Of a stretch of 64,000 nt of DNA, positions 1-13,239 are shown in pieces. The position numbers and the translations under genes were made by a program. The notes under the pieces were generated by a model that made no database searches, was not told where the DNA came from, and worked only from the letters and a program-made list of their open reading frames with translations. The stretch is from contig OX597815.1 in the NCBI GenBank assembly GCA_951406725.2, positions 207,390,001-207,454,000 of the forward strand. The letters are read 5' to 3'. The stretch is from Octopus vulgaris (taxonomy: Eukaryota). Position 1 is the first letter of the stretch, and every line of letters starts with the position of its first letter.

Positions 1-1405
1 TTAGTCTTTCTGCATTGCCATAGTTATTGTTAATTGGACTTCATTTTTCATATTATGATCATTACTATGGTTTTAGAAGTGTTGTTGATGTTCTCCTTTA
101 GAACCAAGTTAGTACCGATCTAAGAACTATAGTTCCAGCCATGACCACTCTGTATTTCACATGCATTATTTACACTGGACCACATTACCTAATGTTGTCT
201 GGAATCCGTGGTTGAAGCCAATGGTGATTTAATAGAATAAATTTGCTTTTTAGTATTTCAAGATTTTTTCTGTGATTTTGGTAAATATATCTGTTAAAAT
301 GAGATGTAAGTGTTGCTTTCATTTTTGCCTAATGCAGACGACAATTTATTCACCGCATCCTGTATATGTGTGTGTGAGTGATTGGGTGAGTGTGTATGTG
401 TGTGTGTAAGCATTTCGTACAGAAATACAGGTATGCTTAATACCTTCGCCAGGTGTCGCGCATTAATACAACCAAAAAGCCGGAGGGTTTAGGTTCTCCA
501 CCCATGTCTTAAGACTTCTAAGATAGTAGAGTATAATCTGATGAAGTTTTGGCTGATAGGCGCAGGCACGACTCTGTGATTTAGAATCGCGTTTTGCAAC
601 CACATACATTTGGATTTAGTTTCACTGTGTGCCAACACGAAAAACTGTGTATATGTAAGTGTATGGATATGTATGTATGTATGTATATATGTATTTATGA
701 TTGTTTTCACTCCACTGTTTGACAACCGGTGTTGGCTTGTTTACAATCCCTGTCTCATGCAGCAAAGCCAAACTATGTTTCATGGGTCCACTTCTCGAGA
801 AAAGGTTGTCCATGTCCGAACTAAAGAGACGATCATAGCATGCTAGTCGAGTGTTGTATGTTAGCGAATGAGTTGAATAACTATTTTGAGGATACAATCG
901 AGATCATAATTGCAGACATGTATGTGCGTATAAGCTTGTGTGTGTGTGCATTTAGCAGCTGCCAACACTTCTTTTCTTCTTGAGAAATATTTTAATCAAC
1001 TGCACACAATGTGCTGTGTAGAGTATCATTAGCTTATTCAAAGCTCATCTTTCTAGCTTTGAAGGGAAGACCGACCTCGCCTTTGAACTGCTGCATCGAC
1101 AAATTAGGCTTTTTATGGATAAGTAGTTGAGAGGGAATAGCATTAGCGATTGTTATTTGATATTGTCAATGAAGCAGTTACTATAATGATATTCGCTAAT
1201 TAAGCCATTTTCCATTATTGATGCAGCTATCATAAAACAATTCGTGACCATGTTTTAGCGTCTAATTTCTTACTCAAATTAATCTTTTATAGCGTTTTGC
1301 ATTAAACATTTGGCCTTATATTTCTACCATAACTATTTGGAAATAACCGTTTCAAATTACTTTTTGATATATATATTCTACTTCCCTTCTATTTTTTCTC
1401 CTTAG

Positions 1406-1539
1406 ACTGGTTACCAAGAAGCTGACCTACAATGTGCCAGTATAAGATCCGGAAGGCCCGTGGAACAAAGCCATTGCGTTCAAACACAAGGATGGATAGT
1501 GACAAGAAAGCAGTGTAGTATGCCAACATGTGAAGCAAC
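1406..1539 (+). CDS. ADAMTSL1: ADAMTS-like (ADAMTSL1/3, madd-4/punctin-like) internal exon A, C-terminal part of a TSP1 repeat
   Basis: Polypyrimidine tract and ctccttAG acceptor. Translates TGYQEADLQCASIRSGRPVEQSHCVQTQGWIVTRKQCSMPTCEA(T). Donor AC|GTTAGT at 1540 is phase 2, matching the phase-2 start of exon 34663 (AC+A=Thr, then Trp). Confidence 0.8.
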
Positions 1540-2634
1540 GTTAGTAACAGAATGTCTTTTCATTGTCCTTATTATTATTATTACTACTACTACTACAAAA
1601 TGGTATTCATATTTCAGACTCGTGATTATTCATTAAATGTGTTTTTGTTTTTGTCTTTTTTTTTTCTTACAGGAATTTTTGAGATGTGCTTTTGAAATAT
1701 AATGAAATTAAAGCAAGAAATATTATCGTTCAACTCAGAGATTAACGCGTCTAAATTTAGTGGTCAGCTTATAATGATCACCTGAAAAATTCAAAACTAA
1801 AATAATTTTGGTTTATAAATGTTCACAAGTAACCTCAGATACGCAGCAACGCAGTTGTCAATATGATATTTCGGAGAGGACAAAAACTACAGTACTTTAT
1901 ATATCGAGTGTATAGATGTTCAATCTGGCTCTTAATCACCTTGTACTGTCTAACACATAACAATTTCTATATCAGATGCAGTATTGTAAATTAAGCTTTC
2001 TTTAGTGCCGAGAGGTTTTGATAGGCTTGAAGCAGAATTGAACTTGATCGTATCTAACAAAATCCTTGATTTAACATGGGTTCTATCAAGCAATTTTTTT
2101 CTATCAGACAATCTGAAACAAGAGCAAATACTCATATGGCGTTGTTTCTCTGTGTTTATGATTTTTGTGAATTAGATGGGGAAGCAGCGATAGAATAAAG
2201 AAAATCATTCAGGCTAAAGAAGTTCGTGGATCGATCTCGATTCGATTTCAATTTTTGAATGAAAGCAATGTTATTGTAATAGATACAAAAGTGACCCACT
2301 CGTCAATAATTTATTTAATGTGTTATAATTATGTTCTAATTATTTGAAACATTCACATGTAAGTGTTCTTGACTACTAACGGCGGGTCACTGGTTGTTAT
2401 TCCATAACCACCGTCATGGCTGTGGTTAACTCATTTCATCTGGTCTAGAACAGTTGCAATGTTGTGATAATGTAAACCACTGTTAGTAGTATAGACGCTG
2501 TATTGTCAAAGAGCATATTATTAGCGGATTGGAAATACAGTGAACGATTTTGACACAAACAAATATAAAAAATTTTCATAAGCGAAATTTAATTTTTATA
2601 TTTGTTTTCACAAACAAATATAGACATTTTTTCA

Positions 2635-3035
2635 TAGGCGTGGGAGTGGCTGTGTGATAAGTAGCTTGCTTTCCAACCACATGGTTCCGGGCTCAGTCCC
2701 ACTGCTTGGCACTTTGGGCGAGTGTCTTCTATAGCCTCGGGCCGACCAAAGCCTTGTGAGTGAATTTGGTTGACGGAAACTGAAAGAAGCCCGTCGTATA
2801 TATATATATATATATATATATGTTTGTGTGTCTATGTTTGTCCCCCAACATCGCTTGACAACCGATGCTGGTGTGTTTACGCCCCCCGTTACCTAGCAGT
2901 TCAGCAAAAGAGACCGATAGAATAAGTACTGGGCTTACAATGAATAAGTCCTGGGGTCGATTCGCTCGACTAAAGGCGATGCTCCAGCATGGCCGCAGTC
3001 AAATGACTGAAACAAGTAAAAGAGCAAAAAGAGTA
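2635..3035 (+). mobile_element. tRNA-derived SINE family A, full length
   Basis: A-box-like GTGGCTGTGTG and B-box-like GGTTCCGGG..AGTCCC head, internal (TA)n, tail GACTGAAACAAGTAAAAGAG; more than 10 copies in the window. Confidence 0.9.
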
Positions 3036-3946
3036 TAAGCATTCAACATAAAAATGGCCGCTGTGTTGTGAAACTTTCCATGAACAAACAGAACGAACGT
3101 CATTCAATATTAGTAACGCTAATTTGCCTCGTACATTAGCGTTAACTATGTTTTGAATTTGATCACCATTTGAGCTTTATAGGTAACTATTATGCAATTC
3201 CTTAGCAGATATATTAGGTATGTAAACAATGGTCATATGTTTGTAAGTATAAGAAGCAGCCATTCAAACTGAAAAACGCGAATGACTGAACAACAACATA
3301 AGAAGCTTGTATTAAGTGGGTTATGTCTTAACGACATTCAACTCGTTCAGGTATATCGAAAGTGTTTTGTGTTAATGGCGTGGTGACATATATCAAATGT
3401 TCGATCGTTACTTGTTTGTTACAACAGGCACCCGCAAGTCTTCTATTAAACACATTTTATACGTTATTACCGATCTGACCTCCATATGAACATTCAGCAA
3501 TTATTGCCAACCTAGGATGGATTTTTTATGACTAGAAATTTAATAGAAAAAAAATATTGAAGTCAACTTAAGAATGTTATTTTGCAGAGTTGTGCGGTAA
3601 TGTATTTTTGTATGACTAAATGAACGCAGACAGAAACACACACATGTAAGTATATATGAGTTTCACTGTATGTGTATGCGAGAATGTGTGTGCATGTGTG
3701 TGTATGTGTGTGTGTGTGTGTGGGCCTGTTTGTGTGCGTGTGTATGTGTATTAGTAAGCAATGAAGCAGAAGTTGTTTTTTCCATTTAGCAGAAAATTGA
3801 CGAGTTGTTACATTATACAACTCGAGACAAACAACATTTATACATCAAATATTAAATATTAAATGTATGTTTACAGACGTATACTAAATCCAAAGGATTT
3901 ACATATGAATTGTATATTCGTGCATTACACACATATACACACACAA

Positions 3947-4002
<56 letters not shown>

Positions 4003-4334
4003 ACTTTAAACGGAATCTGGATAGATTCCTTCAAGGAATACCAGATAAGCCACCCATAATTGGATACAACTCACCCAATAAAAACTCACTACTTGAATGG
4101 ACCATAAACAAAACTTGACTTAAACAGGATTCAAATAATCCTATCAGGTGGTGCTATTAAGTTAGACATGGCCTGGACCAATCTTTGGTCGAAACATATC
4201 TAAGTTTATCTAAGTTTATATATATACATTAAGCAAAACAAGACAGATTTTTTAGAAGTATTTAGTGATACCATTTTACACGCTTCTGGTTAACAAAGAA
4301 TGTCTCTCATCGTTTAACCTCCAATGATGGTTTG

Positions 4335-4645
4335 TTTGTTTTTCCTAGACCTAGCCGTTCGGCAAAAAGAGACCGATAGAATATGAACCAGATATAAAAT
4401 ACACGCTAGGGATCGATTTGATCGATAAAACCCTTCAAGGCTGAAGCTAGTGAAAGAATAAAGAATTTTTTTTTTAAATGCCGTATGCATGTAACGTGTA
4501 CCTTGTTTCTTATACATAGACACACACAGACACATACACATATGAAACAGGCTTCCACACAGTTTCCGTCTACCAAAATCCCGCTTAAGAACACGTACAC
4601 ATACGTATAAATATTTTCTTTTTCTTTCATTGGTTTCAGCCACTG
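4335..4645. mobile_element. Degenerate SINE A fragments in both orientations
   Basis: GTTCGGCAAAAAGAGACCGATAGAA on + and CAGTTTCCGTCTACCAAA on -. Confidence 0.6.
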
Positions 4646-4744
4646 TGATGTTGCTAAGTTACTTTCAAGAGTTTTAACCGATCAGATCAACTGACGGGAT
4701 CTTTTCTGCAATAACCTATGTCTGAAAAAAGAGCATTCTGAGCA

Positions 4745-5070
4745 TTCATTTTTGCCTTTCATCCTTTCGGGGACGATAAAACGATGTACCAGTCAAATAC
4801 GAAAATTAGTAGTATCGAAAAGCCTCTTCCGCTTAAAATTACTGTGCTTGCACCTAAATTAGAAACTTTAGTTCCTCATCAACGTGACGGATTTGGCAGA
4901 ATCGTTACAGGATCAGAAAAAAATGTCCCGCTAAGGTATTTGTTCCGGCTCTTTACGTTCTGAGTTCAAAATCATACCAAGGTCAAATTTGATTTTCATT
5001 CTTTCGAGATCAATAAAATGAATTATCTGTTGATATAATCGAATTCTCTCCCACCCAACAAATTTCAAGC
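4745..5070 (+). mobile_element. SINE family B fragments (+)
   Basis: GGCAGAATCGTTA...TTACGTTCTGAGTTCAAA...TTTCATCCTTTCGGGG motifs. Confidence 0.7.
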
Positions 5071-5084
5071 TGTGTGTTTATTAT

Positions 5085-5640
5085 ATTGGTTTCAAATTTT
5101 GACTCAAGGTCAGCATTTCTGGGGCGGGAGCAACTCGATTACATTAACCTCATTGTTCGGCTAGCACTTATTTTATCAACCCCGAAAGGATGAAAGACAA
5201 AGTCGAACTCGGAATTTGAACTCAGAGCGTAAAGACGGACGAAAACCCTATTTCTTTACTACCCACAAGGGGCTAAACACAGAGAGGACAAACAAAGGGA
5301 TTAAGTCGATTATATCAACCCCAGTGCATAACTGGTACTTATTTTATCAACCCCGAAAGGATGAAAGGCAAAGTCGACCTGGGAATTTGAACTCAGAACG
5401 TAAAGACGGACGAAAGCCCTATTTCTTTACTACCCACAAGGGGCTAAACACAGAGAGGACAAACAAAGGGATTAAGTCGATTATATCAACCCCAGTGCGT
5501 AACTGGTACTTATTTAATCGACCCCGAATGGATGAAAGACAAAGTCGACCTTGGCGGAATTTGAACTCAGAACGTAAAGACGAACGAAATGCCGCTAAGC
5601 ATTTTGCCCGGTGTGCTAACGATTCTGCCAGCTTGCCGCC
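5085..5640 (-). mobile_element. SINE family B (-) with an internal tandem duplication of about 172 bp
   Basis: TTTGAACTCAGA.CGTAAAGACG at about 5215, 5387 and 5560; head ends ...GCCAGCTTGCCGCC at 5640. Confidence 0.85.
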
Positions 5641-6299
5641 TTCATGACCCCGTCATTATATTCGAGACGCATACTAGTCTTCATTGATAAGCTTTTTTTC
5701 TTTCTGTACGCTTGTTAGTGTTGGCGTGTATTTTGTTATTAAATCTCCTTCATGTTGATGAACAAAGAAGGAATCAATAAGCGCTAGGTTACTTCTAAAG
5801 TACCTATAGACACAACTACGTGTGCATTGTCAAATTATGAATGTTCAGTTCAATAGTTTGTAGGTCATAAATTTCAGTGTCACGATCTGTGGCGGGAAGA
5901 ATAACCCTTTTCTTTTCATATTCACGGCAAGATGAACATCGCCCTTGTTTCATTGACTTGTTTCTCCTCCCCACCCAATATCTCAAACAGTTCAGTCACA
6001 GTGATGTTTCAAAAATACAGAATATAATAAACCATGTAGACATTGACACCGATAATTGATCCCGTTTATGTTTAAGAGTTTTAAATAATATGAATGATAT
6101 CGAGAGGGGAGAGGGAGAAGGAGAGAGAGAGAGAGAGAGAATGACAGGAGGGGGAGAGATACTATTGGTATAGTTTAATCATTGTGACAAATTCATTTGC
6201 AGGTGTGTCGTGTGAGAAAACTTACATTTCTAATAAAACGATAGCATTAAAACGGCTGTATGTTAATATTCACATGAGAAGAGGGGAAGGACAGGAAGG

Positions 6300-6398
<99 letters not shown>

Positions 6399-6872
6399 AT
6401 ATATATATATATAGATATATAGATATATAGAGAGAGAGAGATAGATGAGGAAGAAAAGAGGGCAAAGAGCTGGAATGAGGGGGACAGAAAATATACGAAG
6501 AAAAGGGTTCAGTTCAGATTGAGAAAGTAGGTGGAATAACAGTCAGGTATTATAGGGTTAAAAGGCAAAGAGAACAAGAGAAGAAAAAAAGCAGAACGGG
6601 TAGATATATAATAGATAGGTGGACAGAGGGAGGTAGATAGATAGAGATAGATAGATAGAGTGAGTGAGAGAGAGAGAGGGGAAGAAACAGGGGCAGACAG
6701 AGAGAGAGAATGTGGAGGTGTGTGTATGTTTGAACACACTGTGTATTTTTGAGAAAGGAAATTATTATAAAGAAAGATTAGGGTGGAGAAAGAAGAATAA
6801 GGATACAGAGAAAAAAGACGGCAGAAGGGGATGATGAAAGGGAAATCTAAAATATAATAAAGGGAAGCAGAC

Positions 6873-7262
6873 AGTGGCTGTGTGGTAAGTAGCTTGTTTA
6901 CCAACCACATGGTTCCGGGTTCAGTCCCACTGCGTGGCACTTTGGACAAGTGTCTTCTACTATAGCCTCGGGCCGACCATAGCCTTGTGAGTGGATTTGG
7001 TAGACGGAAACTGAAAGAAGCCCGTCGCATATATATATATGCGTGTGTGTTTGTTTGTCTGTGTTTGTCCCCCTTAGCATTGCTTGACAACCGATGCTGG
7101 TGTGTTTATGTCCCCGTCACTTAGCGGTTCGGCAAAAGAGACCGATAGAATAAGTACTGGGCTTACAAAAAGAATAAGTCCCGGGGGTCGAGTTGCTCGA
7201 TTAAAGGCGGTGCTCCAGCATGGCCGCAGTCAAATGACTGAAACAAGTAAAAGAGTAAAGAG
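6873..7262 (+). mobile_element. SINE family A
   Basis: Near-identical to the 2635 and 39033 copies. Confidence 0.9.
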
Positions 7263-8818
7263 CATAAGTAACAATGGGTTATGATCGAAAGCTTTTGTTC
7301 ATTAATATTCCAGAAAATTTCAAAACTGGGTACGAATAAAACTATTCCCATATACTTTTATGCATAATCGCACAGAAGATTTATGTTTATTTGTATGCAT
7401 ACATACAGTTAAACTTGAATTCTAATGTATAGCTCGTTGTGTGTGCATATTGTAGCGTGTGGCTGTGTGCTTCTGCGCATGTGTGTATGTGATGTACGCA
7501 CACAGACACGCGCGCGCACACATATTTATTTATATTAGTATATGTGGTATATATGATTGTGTTTTGAGAAAGAAATAAATGAACAACAATTATAAAAAAA
7601 AGGTAGGGGGAAGAGGTAATAACTTGGTGGTTGAGAGAGTAACATTATCATTGCTTTATATATCAATTTTCTGGTTCTCCAATGAAATACGGATGCGTAT
7701 GCAGAAAGGTCAATTGTCGTCAAATATAGCCCGTCCCCTGGTTAGTCAAATACTCAGTATGTTTGGAGAACGCCTGCATGGCCTTACTGTATCCTGTCAA
7801 AAGTTTATCGTCGTCATCAGCAACAACACCAACAACAACAGCAATAATAAACTACAATAGAAGAAGGAGGAACAACATTTATTGTGTCGTTCGGTGCGAC
7901 TGACTACTTAGCGAAAAATGATACTTCAACTGGTTACCTGTTTCATCCTTTTGCCGGGCTATACGTTATCTCAATGGAATAATATACAAAGCGACTTACA
8001 CGAAAATGTATTCTATGGGCACTTCCGGTAAGAAAAGCAAAAAAAGCAAGAATTCCTTACTGTTTTATTAACTAAAAATATCGGAATGAAAAGTTTGTAA
8101 ATTGCATGTGTGTGAAATGAAGGAAAGAAAGGATTTTGAGAGAAGGAAAAATGTTAGAAAAATAGATATTTATTTTTCTGTGTTGTAAATAGTTTCCATT
8201 CATTCACAAAATAATTGACGTGACATTAATGAATGGAATTGGCAAAAAAAAGGATAAGGGAATAATAAGAGAATGGAAATGCAGTGATAGAATTAGCGAG
8301 AGAGAGAGAAAGAGAGAGGGGGTGGATGGCGTATAGATGATAGAAAGAGAACAGGGGTCGAAAAAGGGCAGTAGGGAAAGGCCAAATTTAGTAATGGGAT
8401 TAGATGAGGAAAACAAACTAAGTAATTGGGTAATTTGAGTGCAAAAACGGAAAACGATAATGTAAGATAAACAGGAATTAAAGACAATTGTAGGTAAAAT
8501 AGCCAAATGTGTGAGGGAAGCAAAAAGGGAAGGTTCTTGTGGGAGGGGTGTGTGTTGTTTATTTTGCGTCCTTATTTGCTTTAAAAACACAAATACACAT
8601 ACATTTACATACAGGCGCACATACAGATTTTAAAAAAAATTTTTTAATTATTTTATAATTGGCAGAAAGTAACGAAAGTAATACAAGGGTCGAGAGTGTC
8701 GAACATGTCACTTCTCATGTGCCACGCGTATTTCGCCTGCCCCCTTGAGTCACGTTTGTAACTTTCGGTCGATTAAAAACAAATAAACATGTATTGCCTT
8801 CTGCTTGTCTCGAGTATT

Positions 8819-8855
<37 letters not shown>

Positions 8856-8882
8856 ACATATATATATATATATGAATATATA

Positions 8883-8941
<59 letters not shown>

Positions 8942-9205
8942 CTGTGTGCGTGTATATATATGCAAACATACATATATGCATCTATGTGTATATACACGTA
9001 TAGATATACAAATACGTGCACACACACACACGCATATATATATATATTCATATGTATATACGTATGTGAATACACACGCGTATCTATATCTATCTAGTTA
9101 TGTATCTATCTATCTATTTATATATTTATCTAATTATCTCTATCGATTTATCTATCAATGTGTGTGTGTGTGTGTGATTTTGTTTGTGTATATATATATG
9201 TGATA

Positions 9206-9243
<38 letters not shown>

Positions 9244-9646
9244 TGTGTGTTTGTGTGTGTGTACACATATATATATATACTCATTGATACATGTATTTAC
9301 TGCCTACCCTCCCTTGAAGTTTAATCCCACCTTAACACCTTCTTAGAACTGCTCTCTGATCCCTCACTAACTTCCAAACTCCCAATCGACTGAAAAGACC
9401 TGTTTTTTCACTATTTGAACGGGTCTTTCACTTATTTCTCTCTATCTTGACGTACCCAAGCCGACATCTACCCGTCTATTCAAGTTTTCTTCATACACTA
9501 ATACCACCAGTCTCCTTTTCTCTCAGGCCGCCTGGTACTTCTTCATCAGGCCTGGATTTCTTCGAGAGTTCGTTGTTTGACTCTGTTTCCACTAAGTCTA
9601 TTTATTTGAGTTCGTATCAAACCTCAACGATATTAAAATCATAGAA

Positions 9647-10607
9647 TAGGCGCAGGAGTGGCTGTGTGGTAAGTAGCTTGCTAACCAACCACATGGTTCC
9701 GGGTTCAGTCCCACTGCGTGGCATCTTGGGCAAGTGTCTTCTGCTATAGCCCCGGGCCGACCAATGCCTTGTGAGTGGATTTGGTAGACGGAAACTGAAA
9801 GAAGCCTGTCGTATATATGTATATATATATAAGTGTGTGTGTATGTATTTGTGTGTCTGTGTTTGTCCCCCTAGCATTGATTGACAACCGATGCTGGTGT
9901 GGTTATGTCCCCGTCATAGGCGCAGGAGTGGCTGTGTGGTAACTAGCTTGCCTACCAACCACATGGTTCCGGGTTCAGTCCCACTGCGTGGCATCTTGGG
10001 CAAGTGTCTTCTGCTATAGCCCCGGGCCGACCAATGCCTTGTGAGTGGATTTGGTAGACGGAGACTGAAAGAAGCCTGTCGTATATATGTACATATATAT
10101 AAGTGTGTGTGTATGTGTGGGAGTGTTTGTCCCCCTAGCATTGCTTGACAACCGATGCTGGTGTGGTTATGTCCCCGTCATAGGCGCAGGAGTGGCTGTG
10201 TGGTAACTAGCTTGCCTACCAACCACATGGTTCCGGGTTCAGTCCCACTGCGTGGCATCTTGGGCAAGTGTCTTCTGCTATAGCCTCGGGCCGACCAATG
10301 CCTTGTGAGTGGATTTGGTAGACGGAGACTGAAAGAAGCCTGTCGTATATATGTATATATATATATATATATGTGTGCGTGTGTGTTTGTGTGTCTGTGT
10401 TTGTCCCCCTAGCATTGCTTGACAACCGATGCTGGTGTGTGTTTACGTCCCCGTCACTTAGCGGTTCGGCAAAAAGAGACCGATAGAATAAGTACTGGGC
10501 TTACAAAAAAGAATAAGTCCCGGGGTCGAGTTGCTCGACTAAAAGGCGGTGCTCCAGCATGGCCGCAGTCAACTGACTGAAACAAGTAAAAGAGTAAAAG
10601 AGTAAAG
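9647..10607 (+). mobile_element. Tandem array of SINE A: two 3'-truncated units (9647-9916, 9917-10180) and one full unit (10181-10607)
   Basis: Identical junction GTCCCCGTCA|TAGGCGCAGGAG occurs twice. Confidence 0.92.
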
Positions 10608-10835
10608 AGATGCATACTCTTGTCTGTGAAACCTACGAATTAGTTATACTCGAACTCCCTCGCCTATTCTCAACAGAGGAATAGATGCGAATAAGCTTAC
10701 ACTATTATGCATTCTTACACAAACATACACAAACACACTATACATTCACATTGCTTTGTTGAGACGGTTATTACGCTTTCTTTATATTTCCACCAGATTG
10801 ATAAAGAGCAAGAGGCTCTTGACTTGGTTTGTTTT

Positions 10836-11040
10836 TTTCTTTTACTTGTTTCGGTCATTTGACTGCGGCCATGCTGGAGCACCGCCTTTAGTCGAGCAAA
10901 TCGACCCCGGGACTTATTTTTTGTAAGCCCAGTACTTATTCTATCGGTCTCTTTTTGCCGAACCGCTATGTGACGGGGACGTAAACACACACCAGCATCG
11001 GTTGTCAAGCAATGCTAGGGGGACAAACACAGACACACAA

Positions 11041-11090
<50 letters not shown>

Positions 11091-11254
11091 GACAGGCTTC
11101 TTTCAGTTTCCGTCTACCAAATCCACTCACAAGGCATTTGTCGGCCCGGGGCTATAGCAGAAGACACTTGCCCAAGATGCCACGCAGTGGGACTGAACCC
11201 GGAACCATGTGGTTGGTTAGCAAGCTACTTACCACACAGCCACTCCTGCGCCTA
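10836..11254 (-). mobile_element. SINE family A (-), inverted partner of 10181-10607
   Basis: Reverse complement of the family consensus, ending CACTCCTGCGCCTA. Confidence 0.92.
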
Positions 11255-11413
11255 TGGTATGGTTATTAAATATATTATTTGAAGTAGGGAATGTCGGTGT
11301 TGGGGAATACAGCCAAGATTACGATCAGGAATGTTGCTCTAGCAAATCCCAAAATGCAACCATCAGTGAAGATTCTATATATAATAATTATATATAAATA
11401 TATGGAATAATTA

Positions 11414-11469
<56 letters not shown>

Positions 11470-11786
11470 GCATATTGTGGTCGTGCAAATGTGTGCGTAT
11501 GTGGGTATGAACATCATGTATAAAATACATCTATGTGTTTATACATACATTCACCCACACACATATAAGGATATAGTGTGTATGTGTGTGCCTTTGTGAG
11601 TGTGTGTATGCGTGTGCCTTTGTGAGTGTGTGTGTGGGGGGGCGCACGCGAACTTGTATCTTCGCACGGGTTCGTATAAACCTGAGTTTAAACTTTACTT
11701 TCTTTTAGCGACGACAAACTCAGGACTGGAATGCAAATGGGCTAATGTATTTTTTCATGATATATATATATATATATATATATATA

Positions 11787-12150
11787 CTAGCAGTATCGCC
11801 CGGCGTTGCTCAGGTTTGTAAGGGAAATAACTATAAAGCATTTTTAGAGAGTTATAGCCAAAAAATAGCAAAAAAATGGGGAAAAAATGATGGTAAATTT
11901 TTTTGAGAGTTAAAAAGGTGGAGTTGCGTCCCCTAGACGGTCTGTGGTTTGGGTTTCTGATTCTCGACCCCATGTCGAATTTATCGATTTTTTCAGAACT
12001 GGGGGAACTTTTCAAAATTTTCGCTTCGTTAGTTTTGAATTATGACATTGGGCTATGTGTGTGTCAAGTTTCATCAGAATCGGTTGAAAGCCGTGGTCAG
12101 AGTGAGGGTACGAGAAAACAGACACACAGAAAACGCACAGACAAACTGCC

Positions 12151-12180
<30 letters not shown>
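11787..12180 (-). mobile_element. Non-autonomous Helitron (-) inserted in (TA)n
   Basis: Minus-strand 3' end CCTGAGCAACGCCGGGCGATACTGCTAG|T (GC hairpin + CTAG); internal AAGTTTCATCAGAATCGG...ACAGAC motif as in small Lep1-like helitrons; 5' TC lost in the TA repeat. Confidence 0.75.
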
Positions 12181-12181
<1 letters not shown>

Positions 12182-12183
12182 GC

Positions 12184-12397
12184 TTTGCCAACATAACGTG
12201 GTAGTCACGGTTGGGACAAATGCTGCTGTTGTTTAGCCCCAGGAAACTGCTTTTGTTGAGTGGAGATTCTAAACTCCACTTTTTGAAAATATAAGGACAC
12301 AGATATTGTCTCGTATAGCCAGCTGAAGATGGTGTTTCCAGGGGCTAAATAATGGTAGCATTCGTCCTAACCGGGGCTGCAACGATATGTTGGTAAA
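12184..12397. repeat. Inverted repeat, 64-bp arms (12184-12247 / 12334-12397), MITE-like
   Basis: Manual ungapped alignment gives 51/64 identity between the left arm and the reverse complement of the right arm. Confidence 0.85.
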
Positions 12398-12410
12398 TTG
12401 TCTTTACGAT

Positions 12411-12465
<55 letters not shown>

Positions 12466-12469
12466 TATA

Positions 12470-12865
12470 TCTTTATATATAAAAGAGAGGTTGTGTGCTG
12501 TCTGTCTCCTACGATTTAGATTCCTAACTACTCCCACATTTTGCGGTGCAGTTTAACCAAAAGCGGGTATCTTATAGTCGTGATTCATATCGAGCCCTTC
12601 TGGGTATTAGCGCGCGTCTACGATGAGTCTACGATTTTAAAAAAAATTTACCATGAATTTTTTCCATTTTTAATGCATTTTTGGCATATATAAGGGAAGT
12701 AACTCTCTAAAAATTTATTATTAAATCTCAGAACGTAAAAGGCTACAGTAACACCCCCCCTTTGTGGTTAGCCATATTGAGATGGCTATTATACTTTACA
12801 TCTCTAAAAATGCTTATATAGTTATTTCCCTTACAAACCCGAGCAACGCCGGGCGATACTGCTAG
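12470..12865 (+). mobile_element. Non-autonomous Helitron (+)
   Basis: A|TCTTTATATAT 5' end, 3' hairpin CCCGAGCAACGCCGGG and CTAG|T end; inserted between A and T, the canonical Helitron signature. Confidence 0.85.
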
Positions 12866-13239
12866 TATATATATAAATCTCACTCTCGTGAAGTTATACA
12901 AAGTCTATGTGAGATGATAATTTATAACCCCCGTAGCGATGAGTGCTTCTGAAGAAAATAGAATTATAATAGATGGAAGGTGTGTGAAGCTTTTTAGCAG
13001 TGAAGAGCATTTGATTGCAACAGATGGTATCTATGCATAGAATGTAAAATGTGTAACAGAAAGGTATTACAAAACCTAAGTGCAGGTGTGTGTGCTGCAT
13101 ATATATATATTCACTCATATATAATGAATAGTAGTCAGGTAAACATGTAATACAATTTTTCTTTGTATTTCGGGAGGTTCATTTGGCCAATAATAAACTG
13201 ATACTATTTTACTTCTTTTATTATTATTACGCAATTAAG

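Noticed and set aside
5215-5585. CRISPR-like or satellite periodicity
   Set aside because: Eukaryotic context; a simple tandem duplication within SINE B with no unique spacers.
9617-11269. Recurrent ORFs RQASFSFRLPNPLTR... resembling a gene family
   Set aside because: Translations of SINE A copies.
11787-12865. Single TIR DNA transposon of 1.1 kb
   Set aside because: The apparent TIRs are Helitron 3' ends (hairpin + CTAG|T), and the + copy has its own internal 5' TC start.
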